Below the pieces are notes generated by a model. The model did no database searches. It saw only the letters and a program-made list of their open reading frames with translations, and was not told where the DNA came from. A DNA stretch of 64,000 nt, taken from assembly GCA_002898395.1 (NCBI GenBank), contig BEHE01000007.1:9048-73047 (forward strand). The letters run 5' to 3'. Below are positions 39,693 to 50,013 of this stretch, piece after piece; position 1 is the first letter of the stretch, and each line of letters opens with the position of its first letter. The translations under genes and the position numbers were made by a program. This stretch comes from Candidatus Calditenuaceae archaeon HR02 (GTDB taxonomy: Archaea; Thermoproteota; Nitrososphaeria_A; Caldarchaeales; Calditenuaceae).

Positions 39693-39755
39693 TTCGGTGA
39701 AGTGTCGGCGTCTCGGTTCATATAAACCGGTCTATAACCTAGTTATGGGTTGACA

Positions 39756-40448
39756 TTACTGCTTCGGCACGAAGGGCCAGCTTTCCCTCCTGTATGAAGA
39801 GTCCCAGAATAGATACTCGTAAATCGTTGAGATTCTGAAGTGTAGTTCTGCGTCAATTAGCTCCTCCTTTCCCGCCCTTTCACCCGCCTTGCCGGCCAGC
39901 CTTATTATGCGGTCCACCGCCTGCTCGTAGTCTGGTGAGGAGTAGGTGTCTATCCACCGGCTGTATGTCTCGACCGGTGACCCCCTCTTCAACAATTCTC
40001 TACCCACCTCCATGTACACCCAGAAGCAGGGGAGTATCGCTGCTAAACCGGTGAGGAATGGCTTCTCATAGGCTGAGGCTATGAGAAAGTCTGTGTAGGC
40101 GCGGTTGGTGGGTGACATCTGGTACCCCTTGAGGATTGGCATGCTGATGCCCCACTGGGAGAGGAGGAAGTCGTGTAGTGAGGCCCGCTCAACTAAAAGT
40201 GCGTCGCGTGCGGTTGAGATTAGTGTGAGGGCTGCGTCGTCATCCGGCGCCTTAGCCCCTACAAGAGCCACGGCCTTGGCGAACCTACTGAGATAGAGTG
40301 CATCTTGGATGATGTATTCCTTGAAGACCTCTACGTCGAGGCTTCCATCTGTCAGCCCTGTTATGAACGGATGTGCCAGAATAGCCTGATAGACATCTCT
40401 GGCGGCGGACCATAGACGATCAGTGAAACAGCCCATTCTGCCTCTCAC
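39756..40448 (-). CDS. tenA: TenA/THI-4 family protein (thiaminase II / PqqC-like heme-oxygenase fold)
   Basis: HPFITGLTDGSL..F..YIIQDALYL pattern. 230 aa. Confidence 0.6.
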   Translation of the reverse strand: MRGRMGCFTDRLWSAARDVYQAILAHPFITGLTDGSLDVEVFKEYIIQDALYLSRFAKAVALVGAKAPDDDAALTLISTARDALLVERASLHDFLLSQWGISMPILKGYQMSPTNRAYTDFLIASAYEKPFLTGLAAILPCFWVYMEVGRELLKRGSPVETYSRWIDTYSSPDYEQAVDRIIRLAGKAGERAGKEELIDAELHFRISTIYEYLFWDSSYRRESWPFVPKQ

Positions 40449-41089
40449 CCACTATAGAGAGAATCCCAGAAACCGAGCTCATAGCTCTGAATCATCCTGG
40501 AGACAAGCCGGGCCCTCGCCTCCATTCCAGGCATGTATCTCTCCAGAATCCTTCCACCCTCCTCCTCAATCCAGCTGGGTGGATTAGCGAAAGCGTCTAG
40601 GAAATCGGTAGACCTGACACCGTAGTTCTCCCTGAGCGCCGATGCGAGCCTGCCACAAGCGCGGCCCCAGACCGGCAAATTAACCACCAGGGCGGCCACC
40701 TGCTCACATATCCCGCCATAAAGGGCGAGCCAAGCGAGGTAGTGGGTATAGGCCACTGCCCCCGGCAAGACCCTCAACTCGCTGAACTCCTTGAAAGGTG
40801 CTTTCAACTCCTCGCCAAGCTTGAGTAGTGTCTGGAATGCAGCGAGGTCTCCTTGCTTGAGACGTGATAGGTAATCAGCCTCATCGGGGTGCGAGGCCCT
40901 GCTAACCATTACGGCCAAACTCCTCAAGTCGTGATAAACAATGTAATACTGGTTCTCTACGAAAAGTCTTAGCTTTTCCTTGGGTAGGAGCCCCCTCTCT
41001 GCCTCGGTTAGAAAGGGGTGGTTCTCGATACGTCTGTTCAAGGCCTCGAGCTCTCTGCGCAGATTCTCGATGAGGTCGCGCCCTCTCAC
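40445..41089 (-). CDS. TenA/PqqC-like paralog
   Basis: NHPFLTEAERGLLPKEKLRLFVENQYYIV. It is tandem with the tenA gene and their stop and start overlap. Confidence 0.5.
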   Translation of the reverse strand: MRGRDLIENLRRELEALNRRIENHPFLTEAERGLLPKEKLRLFVENQYYIVYHDLRSLAVMVSRASHPDEADYLSRLKQGDLAAFQTLLKLGEELKAPFKEFSELRVLPGAVAYTHYLAWLALYGGICEQVAALVVNLPVWGRACGRLASALRENYGVRSTDFLDAFANPPSWIEEEGGRILERYMPGMEARARLVSRMIQSYELGFWDSLYSG

Positions 41090-41218
41090 GAAGCCAGATT
41101 AGCCTCTGACATATTTAACTTGGGTGATAAGCCGCTGATTGCTTGTACTCTGTTGGGGTCTGATAGCCTTATATAGCAGGGGCGGCGTTAAATCTTGTCC
41201 TAAAGTGGTTGGAAAGGT

Positions 41219-41656
41219 TTGGAAAGAGTAGACAAGATTGAAAGCCTAACACCAAACTCTCGGAACGTAAACATTGTCGCGAAAGTAGTCTCTAAGAGTG
41301 AGCCCCGCTCTGTAGGAAGCCAGTATGACCAGAGCCAACACCAGCTAGCAGAGTCGCTCATAGCCGACGAGACAGGAGCAATACAGCTAGTACTGTGGGA
41401 CGAGAACATAAACAAGGTAAACGAGGGCGACACCGTCAAGATCTCGAACGCCTTTGTAAAGGTTTTCAGAGGTAAGATGCAGCTGAACTTAGGTAGGTAT
41501 GGGAAGCTCGAGATAACCGATGAGGAGCTCAGTAACGTGAATGTTGAAAACAATCTATCTGAGAAGACTGTCTATCAGGGTGCGGCGAGGCCTGGAGGTG
41601 CCAGGAGGCGGGGCTGGTCTCCTAGGGGGCCTCGCACCAGGTTCGGTAGCGAGTAA
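41219..41656 (+). CDS. ssb: Single-stranded DNA-binding protein (single OB fold) with a Gly/Arg-rich C-terminal tail
   Basis: The OB-fold core resembles crenarchaeal SSB (NVNIVAKVV...ADETGAIQLVLWDE...VKISNAFVKVFRGKMQLNLGRYGKLE). The tail reads GAARPGGARRRGWSPRGPRTRFGSE. Confidence 0.6.
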   Translation: MERVDKIESLTPNSRNVNIVAKVVSKSEPRSVGSQYDQSQHQLAESLIADETGAIQLVLWDENINKVNEGDTVKISNAFVKVFRGKMQLNLGRYGKLEITDEELSNVNVENNLSEKTVYQGAARPGGARRRGWSPRGPRTRFGSE

Positions 41657-41662
41657 AAACTC

Positions 41663-42955
41663 CTACTCGAGAGGCTCAACTAGGAGAATCCTGTCCTCAA
41701 CACCAACAACTTTTATTGTTTGATTTTGTTTAACAGGCTTTAGAGCCTTTGCTCTCCTATATTCTCCAGCGACGACCACGTAGCCGATCTTGCCGGCCTC
41801 AATATCTTCGACAGACCGCCCAACCTTCGCTGTAGGAGTCAGCTCGAAGGATTTTCGCCTAACGGTACGGAGCGCCTTATAGAGTATGAAGGCGGTCACG
41901 CCACCTCCGAAGGCTGCTACCAGACCAATGGTCACTTGAAGCTCATTGAGCCACTCCTGTGACACGTAAATCACCCCTGGGGGAGCCCGTACTAGGAGGA
42001 TTAAACCTAGCGATAGTAAAATGACTCCGCCTATCATTGCAGCCATTATTCCGCCCGAATAGAACTCGTAGAGTATGAGTACTGATCCCAAGACTATGAG
42101 CGCTAGTCCGGCCCAGTTTAGGTTGAAGCCCTGCCCCACAAGCCCTAAAACTATCAACACACCCCCCAACAACTCCGCGCCGAACCCTGGTGAGGAGAGA
42201 CCCACTATGAGTATCAAGACTCCGAGAGTCAGTAATAGGCCGGAGACCAGCGGGTCGCTTAGGAACTGAAGCACCTGAATCCTAACGTCGGGGTCAACCC
42301 TCACCAATCTTGCTCCACGTGTGTTGAGGGCGACTTCGCCGTGGATAGTTTTGACTACAGCCCCATCAGCCTTCTCCAACAATTCGGAGGTGTCTCCTGC
42401 GACTATCTCTATTACACCGTAGCTTAAAGCCTCCTCTGGCCCCAGGTTATCGTTATGTGTGACAAACCGGGCAGCCTGTGTCTCGTTTCTGCCATGCAGC
42501 CTAGCCATGCTTCGCATCTTCTCGACGAGAAAGTTGATGAGCTTCGTGTCGTTGGAGGGAACCCCATTCACCACTGGCTGTGCTGACCCGATGGTTGTGT
42601 AGGGAGCCATGGCTGCGAGGCTTGATGCCATCAAGATGTATGTTCCTGCGGAGAGAGATTGCCCTCCCGGCGGATAGACGTATACTATAACCGGTATTGG
42701 TGATGCCATCATCGCGTCTATTATCTTGAACGTGGAGTCTCCTAGTCCGCCGAAGGTGTTTATCGTTATCAGAACGGCCCTGTAGCCTCTAGAGCTTTCT
42801 AAGGCTGCGGTAATGTACTCGGCTGTGGCTGGCGATATATTGCCTGAGATATTGAGCCACATTATCTCCCCCTGCCCCGAGGCTAAAGGGACCAATAATG
42901 CCACATAGAGCAGGAGGAGGGTGGATGAAGCCGCGAACCTATATGTCGGTCTCAA
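41663..42955 (-). CDS. nfeD: NfeD-family membrane-bound ClpP-class serine protease (stomatin operon partner protein)
   Basis: N-terminal signal or transmembrane segment. ClpP-like domain (LITINTFGGLGDST...SAGTYILMASS). C-terminal membrane segments plus an OB-fold domain. It lies directly upstream of the stomatin gene. Confidence 0.75.
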   Translation of the reverse strand: MRPTYRFAASSTLLLLYVALLVPLASGQGEIMWLNISGNISPATAEYITAALESSRGYRAVLITINTFGGLGDSTFKIIDAMMASPIPVIVYVYPPGGQSLSAGTYILMASSLAAMAPYTTIGSAQPVVNGVPSNDTKLINFLVEKMRSMARLHGRNETQAARFVTHNDNLGPEEALSYGVIEIVAGDTSELLEKADGAVVKTIHGEVALNTRGARLVRVDPDVRIQVLQFLSDPLVSGLLLTLGVLILIVGLSSPGFGAELLGGVLIVLGLVGQGFNLNWAGLALIVLGSVLILYEFYSGGIMAAMIGGVILLSLGLILLVRAPPGVIYVSQEWLNELQVTIGLVAAFGGGVTAFILYKALRTVRRKSFELTPTAKVGRSVEDIEAGKIGYVVVAGEYRRAKALKPVKQNQTIKVVGVEDRILLVEPLE

Positions 42956-42965
42956 GGGTTAAGCG

Positions 42966-43778
42966 CTACTTTTTCTGACTCTCCTGCGCGACTCCCCTCG
43001 CTACTCCCACTAGGCTTCCCAGCCCCCCTCCCCCCTCAGTGACTATTATCAGGTTCTTCTCCCTCGCAATCTCTGCCCAGGTCTGGAGCTCCCTCAATCT
43101 CATGGCATAGGGATTAGTTGCATAGGCTGCAGCTGCATCGGCCATTTTCTGAGCTGCAAGGAGCTCCCCCTCAGCTATTATAATCCTACTCCTCTTCTCC
43201 CTCTCCGCCTCGGCCTGCTTAGCCATAGCCCTCTGCATAGACTCTGGGATAACGACATCTCTGATCGAAACGTTGGTTACCTTAATCCCCCAGGGCTCCG
43301 TAGCCTCGTCCAGAATAACCTGTATCCTCCTGTTCAGCTCGTCCCTCCTCGCTAGGAGGTCGTCAAGCTCGACCTGGCCGATTACATCCCTTAAAGTTGT
43401 CTGCGCCAACAGGCTAGTTGCGATCTGGTAGTCCCTCACCCTCAGGACGGCTGCCAGCGGGTCCTCCACCCGCATATAAACTACAGCGTCGACCTCCACG
43501 GTCACGTTATCCCTAGTCACAATTCGTTGACGCGGTACGTCGAATGTGATTATCCTGAGGTCGATGATTCTCGGCTGATCGACTATGGGGACCAGGAGTA
43601 TTAGGCCTGGGCCCTTCGCCCCTATAACCCTTCCGAGACGGAAGATAACTGCCCTCTCATACTCTCTTACAACCCTGATCGCTGAAGCCAAGATTATAAT
43701 TAGTATCAGGACCAGTAGTATAAGGCCAATAATCGTTCCCACACCTACTTGGAGAGTAACCACCATCCCACCACTCAT
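42966..43778 (-). CDS. Stomatin/prohibitin (SPFH, band-7) protein
   Basis: N-terminal transmembrane helix and SPFH motifs (REYERAVIFRLGR...ITFDVPRQ...TRDNV). The classic stomatin-NfeD gene pair. Confidence 0.8.
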   Translation of the reverse strand: MSGGMVVTLQVGVGTIIGLILLVLILIIILASAIRVVREYERAVIFRLGRVIGAKGPGLILLVPIVDQPRIIDLRIITFDVPRQRIVTRDNVTVEVDAVVYMRVEDPLAAVLRVRDYQIATSLLAQTTLRDVIGQVELDDLLARRDELNRRIQVILDEATEPWGIKVTNVSIRDVVIPESMQRAMAKQAEAEREKRSRIIIAEGELLAAQKMADAAAAYATNPYAMRLRELQTWAEIAREKNLIIVTEGGGGLGSLVGVARGVAQESQKK

Positions 43779-43891
43779 TACGGGGCCGTGTTTTTAAATG
43801 TTTCATATCGATCCGAAACGGCTGCCGGCTAGGGTCCAGGTTTTAAAAGACTAAAATATCGAGATTCGTTAACAATCCCGTAGACCGAGAA

Positions 43892-46800
43892 ATGTACGCG
43901 CTACCGCCGCGCTACGACTTCAGGAGTGTTGAGGAGGAGATAGCCAAGTTCTGGTCTGAGAATGATGTCCCGAAGAAGCACATGAGCATGAATCGGGGCG
44001 CCCCCATCTTCTCCTTCCTCGAGGGGCCACCAACCGTCAACTCCTACATGCATATCGGGCATGCTAGGGGGCGGGTCTACAAGGACATAGTCTTGAGGTT
44101 CCAGACGATGAGGGGGCTTGATGTCTGGCGGAGGGCTGGGTGGGATTGTCAGGGCCTACCCACTGAGCTGGAGGTTGAGAAGAGGCTCGGCATCAGTAGC
44201 AAGAAGGAGATTGAGGCTATTGGGATGGAGAGGTTTGTGGAAGAGGCTAACGCTCTAGTCGACTACTATATCAATGAGTGGAGGAAGGCCTCTGAGCGTC
44301 TCGCCCTCTGGCTAGACTATGACACAGCCTATCAGACGCGGAACGAGAGATACATGGAGCATGTGTGGTATCTGCTGAAAAAGTGTTATGAGAGCGGAGA
44401 CTTGGTCGTCAGCTTCAAGGTAGTGCCCTTCTGCCCTAGGTGTGAGACTCCCCTCTCATCCCATGAGGTGGCTCAGGGATACGAAGAGGTTGAAGACTAC
44501 TCGATCTATGTGAAGTTCCCCGTCGAAGGCGATGTAAATAGATACCTTGTCATATGGACAACCACGCCGTGGACCCTGGTTGCGAACGAGGCTGTAGCCA
44601 TCAACCCCGAGGAAGAGTATGTCGAATTAGAGACGGATGGTTGGAGAATGATCGTTGCCCAGAAACTGCTGGAAAAGGTATGTTCCGATGCAGGGATAAC
44701 AAGCTATAGTGTTCTGAGCCGGTTCACAGGTGCGAGCTTAGTGGGTCTAAGGTATGTTCATCCCCTTGGCGGGGAAGTCCGCGCACACACAAGCCACGGG
44801 CCTCCAGCCCACACGGTATTGCCGGCAGATTTTGTCTCGATGGATGAGGGAACTGGCCTGGTTCATATAGCCCCCGGCCACGGGCCTGAGGACTTCGAGC
44901 TGGGTAAAAGTCACGGGTTACCAATATTCTGCCCCATCGGCACTAATGGGGTCTTCACGGAGGAGGGCGGGCGGTTCGCCGGTCTCGGATATAGGGAGGC
45001 GGCGGACCAGGTGATAAAAGTACTAGCAGGTAAGGGGCTGCTTCTCAAAGAGGGGCGTATACTTCACACCTACCCCCACTGTTGGAGGTGCGGTACCCCG
45101 CTCATTTATCTGACGAGCCGTCAATGGTTCCTGAAGATCGACAGAATCAAGAAGCTTATGATAGAGGAGAATGCGAAGGTCAAGTGGTACCCAGCTTGGG
45201 CGGGGCAGAACAGGTTTGGAGAATGGCTCGAAAACGCGGAAGACTGGTGCATCTCTAGGACAAGGATTTGGGGGACTCCGCTTAACATCTGGTCCTGTAG
45301 CAAATGCGGCAGCACGCGGGCTGTAGGCTCAAAGGCGGAGCTTGAGGCTGCTGAGAAGAAGCCAACCCCACTAAGGATGCATAGGCCTTGGGTGGACAGG
45401 GTTGTCTTCAGGTGCGAGAAGTGTGGGGGCGAGATGTATAGGGAGCCCTTCGTCCTAGATACGTGGCTTGACTCCGGTGTTGCACACTTCGCGGGTGTAG
45501 ACTGGCTAGGGGACCGGAGGCTATTCGAGAAGCTCTTCCCCTACGACTTCATCACAGAGGCGATAGACCAGACGAGGGGCTGGTTCTACACCCTTCTCTT
45601 CACCTCTGCCTTGATGTTCGGGAAAGCCCCCTACAAGATAGTGCTGAGCCAGAACTTCGTCCTAGACAGGTTTGGGAAAAAGATGTCTAAGAGCAGGGGT
45701 AATGTGCTCTGGGCGACAGACGCGATGGACAGCTGGGGTGTAGACAATGTCAGGCTCTATCTCGTCAGCAAGGCCCAGAGCTGGGAGACAATAAACTTCG
45801 ATCCGGATGAAGTCAAGCAGGTCAACCAGTCCCTCAACATTCTATGGAACGTGGTCTCATTTGCGAAGACATACTTTGACCTAGACAGGTATGACCCAGA
45901 GAAGGAACCTGTCTGGGCTATGCTTAACTACGCCGAGCCCGAGGACAGGTGGATCCTCTCGAGAGTAAACACACTGACAAAGTATGTGACATCCAGTATT
46001 GAGAGGTTTGAGATACACGAAGCGGCGAGAAGCCTCTTAAACTTCATAGTAGAGGATCTGAGCAGGACGTATGTCCGCGCTGTTAGGAGGAGGTTCTGGA
46101 CTGAGGAGAGGACTCCCTCAAAGATAGCAGCCTATGCAACACTACACTACGTGCTGAGAAAACTCCTGCCACTCCTCTCAATCTTTGCCCCATACATTTC
46201 GGAGTATCTCTACCAGCGGCTCAAGACAGAGAATGACCCGCTCAGCGTCTGCCTAAATAGGTGGCCACGGCCCGACGAAGCTCTCATAAACCCCGAGATT
46301 GAGGACCAGATGCAGGTGGCCGAAGACGTAATCGCCGCAACATTGAATGCCAGGAATAGGGCGAGGAGGAAGCTTCGCTGGCCCCTGAGGCGGATAATTA
46401 TAGCGCCCAACTCCCCGCGCGCCAAGGAATCAGTTCAGGTCTTGAGATCCTACATAGAGAGGATGACTAACAGCTTTTCTGTCGAGGTTCTTGACGTCGG
46501 TCAAAAGCCCGCCGAAATCATTAGAAGACTCGTTCCAGTAAACTCGCGTCTAGGCCCCAGGGCTGGGAAGAAGCTCCCACTCGTCTCGGAGGCGTTATCT
46601 AAGGCGCGTGTGGGCGAGCTTTTAGACCAAATCGCTAAGACCGGTCATTACACTCTGATGTTGAGTGATGGCTCGGTTTTCGATGTGGTAGAAGGTGATT
46701 TCCAGGTTGTTGAGGAGCTGCCAGCTCACTTGTTTGAGGGCGAAGGACGCTTCGCGATGGTCTACATAGACGTCTCGGAGGACGAGAGGTTAAAGTCGAT

Positions 46801-47080
46801 ATCTCTCGCCAATGAGGTGATAAGGAGGATCCAGGTCATGAGGAAGGAGCTTAACCTAGAGATTACCAGGGAGGTTCCGTGCGTAGTCTCGGTTGAGCCT
46901 CAGCCCCTCCAGGAGAGTCTTAAGCCCCTAGTCGAGTACATAGAGGAGGAAACAAGGACTAGGATAAGCTTTGGTGCTGGTAAAGAGATTCCTAGCGCGG
47001 CATATAGTCGGGATTGGGTGCTCGAGCAGGGAGTCCTAACTGTCGCCATATTATTGGAGGAAGAGGGCAAGACTGCCTAG
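43892..47080 (+). CDS. ileS: Isoleucyl-tRNA synthetase
   Basis: HIGH (MHIGHARG), GWDCQGLP (IleRS-type) and KMSKS (KMSKSRGN) motifs. 1062 aa. Confidence 0.85.
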   Translation: MYALPPRYDFRSVEEEIAKFWSENDVPKKHMSMNRGAPIFSFLEGPPTVNSYMHIGHARGRVYKDIVLRFQTMRGLDVWRRAGWDCQGLPTELEVEKRLGISSKKEIEAIGMERFVEEANALVDYYINEWRKASERLALWLDYDTAYQTRNERYMEHVWYLLKKCYESGDLVVSFKVVPFCPRCETPLSSHEVAQGYEEVEDYSIYVKFPVEGDVNRYLVIWTTTPWTLVANEAVAINPEEEYVELETDGWRMIVAQKLLEKVCSDAGITSYSVLSRFTGASLVGLRYVHPLGGEVRAHTSHGPPAHTVLPADFVSMDEGTGLVHIAPGHGPEDFELGKSHGLPIFCPIGTNGVFTEEGGRFAGLGYREAADQVIKVLAGKGLLLKEGRILHTYPHCWRCGTPLIYLTSRQWFLKIDRIKKLMIEENAKVKWYPAWAGQNRFGEWLENAEDWCISRTRIWGTPLNIWSCSKCGSTRAVGSKAELEAAEKKPTPLRMHRPWVDRVVFRCEKCGGEMYREPFVLDTWLDSGVAHFAGVDWLGDRRLFEKLFPYDFITEAIDQTRGWFYTLLFTSALMFGKAPYKIVLSQNFVLDRFGKKMSKSRGNVLWATDAMDSWGVDNVRLYLVSKAQSWETINFDPDEVKQVNQSLNILWNVVSFAKTYFDLDRYDPEKEPVWAMLNYAEPEDRWILSRVNTLTKYVTSSIERFEIHEAARSLLNFIVEDLSRTYVRAVRRRFWTEERTPSKIAAYATLHYVLRKLLPLLSIFAPYISEYLYQRLKTENDPLSVCLNRWPRPDEALINPEIEDQMQVAEDVIAATLNARNRARRKLRWPLRRIIIAPNSPRAKESVQVLRSYIERMTNSFSVEVLDVGQKPAEIIRRLVPVNSRLGPRAGKKLPLVSEALSKARVGELLDQIAKTGHYTLMLSDGSVFDVVEGDFQVVEELPAHLFEGEGRFAMVYIDVSEDERLKSISLANEVIRRIQVMRKELNLEITREVPCVVSVEPQPLQESLKPLVEYIEEETRTRISFGAGKEIPSAAYSRDWVLEQGVLTVAILLEEEGKTA

Positions 47081-47083
47081 TCG

Positions 47084-47962
47084 ATGAAGGATCTGAAACG
47101 GATTGCCAGCCTCGTTGGAAGCCTCTCAGAGATAGAGTTCAAGGTACTGGAAACGATCGAGAGGATAGCTGACCAGGGGCGGGTAGCCACGCCGGATGCT
47201 ATCGCCAGGTCCCTCAAACTCGGCACGGATTATGTTGCGAAGATGCTGGATGAGCTTAACAGGAGGAGGCTCGTCTGGTCTCCGCGTGGAAGGGGCCGCG
47301 AATACATGCTTAACTTCGCCAGCCTCGATATGCTCGCACTACACAGCGCATCCAGGCGTGGAATACTAACTCATATAGGCGTCAAGATTGGTGTTGGGAA
47401 GGAGGCAGACATCTATGTGGGGCGGACCGGAGAGGGGAACGTCGTGGGCGTCAAGTTCTACAGGATAGGTAGGACAAGCATCAAAAAGCATAGACGTTTT
47501 CGAGAGGTAGGACTTGAGGCTGCAAATTATCTTGCATCCTCGAAGATGTCTGCCCAGCGTGAGATACAGGCACTCCGCATCCTCTATCCCAAGGGGGTGC
47601 CAGTTCCGGCCCCTGTATATCGTAACAGACACATGGTCGTCACCTCTCTAATTGAGGGAGAGCTGCTGGCCCGCGTCGATAAACTATCTGAGCCCGAGGC
47701 CCTGTTATGGGAGATTATCAAGTCCGTCAAGATGGCTCTTGAGGCGGGTGTGATACACTGCGACCTGAGCCACTACAATATCCTCATCACACCCGAGGAG
47801 CGTCACGTGATAATTGACTGGCCCCAGTGGGTGAGGCCCTCACATCCAAACGCCGAGCTATACCTGAGACGGGATATCGAGAACATCGCCACGTTCTTCA
47901 GGAGAAAGTTCAGGCTGGCTGGGTCGGTTGAGGGGGTCATCGGGTGGGTCTCGAAGGACTAG
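47084..47962 (+). CDS. rio2: RIO-type serine/threonine kinase (Rio2-like, N-terminal winged helix)
   Basis: An N-terminal wHTH, then GVGKEADIY...VGVKFYR and a catalytic loop IHCDLSHYNIL. Confidence 0.75.
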   Translation: MKDLKRIASLVGSLSEIEFKVLETIERIADQGRVATPDAIARSLKLGTDYVAKMLDELNRRRLVWSPRGRGREYMLNFASLDMLALHSASRRGILTHIGVKIGVGKEADIYVGRTGEGNVVGVKFYRIGRTSIKKHRRFREVGLEAANYLASSKMSAQREIQALRILYPKGVPVPAPVYRNRHMVVTSLIEGELLARVDKLSEPEALLWEIIKSVKMALEAGVIHCDLSHYNILITPEERHVIIDWPQWVRPSHPNAELYLRRDIENIATFFRRKFRLAGSVEGVIGWVSKD

Positions 47963-48110
47963 GGTCTTAGGGCTGGACGGGCCGTTGAATACGCCATGAA
48001 ACGGGGAATGCCAGTGCTTAGGTACTACCACTCAATTACTATTGGATAAGCCGTGCGGCCTTTTTTGCGGCTTGCTTAATTAGAGGCCGGTAATACTGAG
48101 GGCAGGTGAC

Positions 48111-48896
48111 TTGGTGGTGGCAGCTCGTCCCAAGAAGAAGCATGGTGTCCTCGCCCTCATATTTCGGAGAAGATCCATCAGAGTCTTCAGAGACGCGAAG
48201 CCTAATAGGAGTATTCTTGAGCTCTTGGTGGAAGCGGGACAGAGGGCGCCCTGCGTCTATCAGTCATACACGATCATCAATATAGAGAGGTCTGAGCTGC
48301 GGGAAAAGATATACGAGTTGACGGAGGACAACATCATTAAGCAGGCCCCCATCCTTTTGCTCCTCTGCATAGACCTTAGGAGGACGCGAATGCTGTTCGA
48401 CCTGCTTGAGGCCGAGCACACCCTATCCAGGCCGCCAAACCCTATTGAGACTGTGGAGGCCATATTCGAGGCCGGCTTGTTCGCGGAGAATCTAATCTTG
48501 GCCGGCGAGGCCATCGGCTACTCCTCAGTCATTCTCGACTGGCCGCTTAAGCTCGGACTGGAGCTTCAAAAAATCCTCAACATTCCAAGTGGTGTGGCTC
48601 CTCTCTTTTTTGTCTGCATGGGTCCGCCTGGCGAGAACCCGCCGATAAGGCCAAGGATGCCTCTCGACTTGGTGCTGATGTCTGACACGTATCGCGAGCC
48701 TAGGAGGGAGCAGCTTCAGAAATATCTGGATGAGGCGTCAGAGAAGCTTGCATCTGAGGGTTATGTATTGAAGTATGTCGGTATTCGGTCTACATATAGG
48801 CAATACCTCGCTGAAAAGATTAGGAGGGATAGGGAGATGGAGGTGCTTGAGGCTGAGACATCTGAGTTTTTAAGGCGGAACGGCCTCACAATATAA
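48111..48896 (+). CDS. Nitroreductase-family protein
   Basis: RRSIRVF motif. 261 aa. Confidence 0.55.
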   Translation: MVVAARPKKKHGVLALIFRRRSIRVFRDAKPNRSILELLVEAGQRAPCVYQSYTIINIERSELREKIYELTEDNIIKQAPILLLLCIDLRRTRMLFDLLEAEHTLSRPPNPIETVEAIFEAGLFAENLILAGEAIGYSSVILDWPLKLGLELQKILNIPSGVAPLFFVCMGPPGENPPIRPRMPLDLVLMSDTYREPRREQLQKYLDEASEKLASEGYVLKYVGIRSTYRQYLAEKIRRDREMEVLEAETSEFLRRNGLTI

Positions 48897-48939
48897 GCCC
48901 TCAGCGAGAAGTAACAATTTATTACCGGTCTCAATATAT

Positions 48940-50007
48940 TTGCGAGACGTGGAGATCGAACAAGAGTTAAACAGCTACGCGAGGCTGGTCAATGAGGCCC
49001 TCGAGGAGCTCTTCCCCAGAACACCTGGGGAGAACTATTATCGGAGAGTGGCGGGTCTCTCTTCCGGAGAGATAGACATACACTCTCTCAACGAGGTTAT
49101 TGCAAGACCTGCATGGGACCTGTTGGATAGGGGTGGTAAGCGCTGGAGGCCCGCGCTCGGAATGCTAGTCTACGAGGCTCTGGGAGGCAGTGCAGGGGAT
49201 ATAGTACATCTACTCACAATCCCGGAGCTGATACATAATGGGACACTAATAGTGGATGACGTCGAGGATGGAAGTGAGGTCAGACGTGGAAAGCCCTGCA
49301 TCCATAGGATCTACGGTGAGGATGTCGCAATCAATGTAGGTAATACGCTATACTACCTTCCGGTCGCCGCCGTCTTCTCAAAAATCCGCATACCAGAAGC
49401 GGCTCAAGCCTCCCTCCTGAAAATCTATGTGGAGGAGATGCTCAGGCTAAGCCTAGGACAGGCCCTAGACATAGCATGGCATAGAGGAATTGGCAAAGAG
49501 GTTAACGAGTCCCAGTACCTCCTGATGTGTGACCTAAAGACCGGAAGCCTCGCCAGGCTCTCAGTAAGGATTGCATGTCTAATGGCGGGCGTGGATAGCG
49601 TGGTGGAGGAAAAGTTCAGCAGGTTCGCCTCCTCTATCGCGGTAGCATTCCAGATTCAGGATGACCTCCTAAACCTCATAGGAGACGAGTCGCTCTATGG
49701 CAAGGAGATAGGAGGAGACCTAAGGGAGGGTAAGAGGACTTTAATGGTTATACATGCGCTACGAATGCTTCCCCGGGACAAGAGTGAGAAGATTCGAGGA
49801 GTATTGGGTGTGAAGACAGCCGACAGGGCGGCGATAGATGAAGCCATAGAGCTGATAAAGTCTAGTGGGGCGATAGAGTATAGCAAGTCTGTCGCTAGGC
49901 GTCTCGTAGAGGATGGATGGAGTGCAATAGAGCCTGAGCTGAGACCGTGCCGTGCCAAAGAACTACTGCGCTCACTTGCCGAGTACCTAATTGTAAGGAG
50001 CAGATAA
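48940..50007 (+). CDS. idsA: Geranylgeranyl diphosphate synthase (trans-polyprenyl synthase)
   Basis: First Asp-rich motif LIVDDVEDGSEVRRG and second Asp-rich motif FQIQDDLLN. Confidence 0.8.
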   Translation: MRDVEIEQELNSYARLVNEALEELFPRTPGENYYRRVAGLSSGEIDIHSLNEVIARPAWDLLDRGGKRWRPALGMLVYEALGGSAGDIVHLLTIPELIHNGTLIVDDVEDGSEVRRGKPCIHRIYGEDVAINVGNTLYYLPVAAVFSKIRIPEAAQASLLKIYVEEMLRLSLGQALDIAWHRGIGKEVNESQYLLMCDLKTGSLARLSVRIACLMAGVDSVVEEKFSRFASSIAVAFQIQDDLLNLIGDESLYGKEIGGDLREGKRTLMVIHALRMLPRDKSEKIRGVLGVKTADRAAIDEAIELIKSSGAIEYSKSVARRLVEDGWSAIEPELRPCRAKELLRSLAEYLIVRSR

Positions 50008-50013
50008 GACCCT

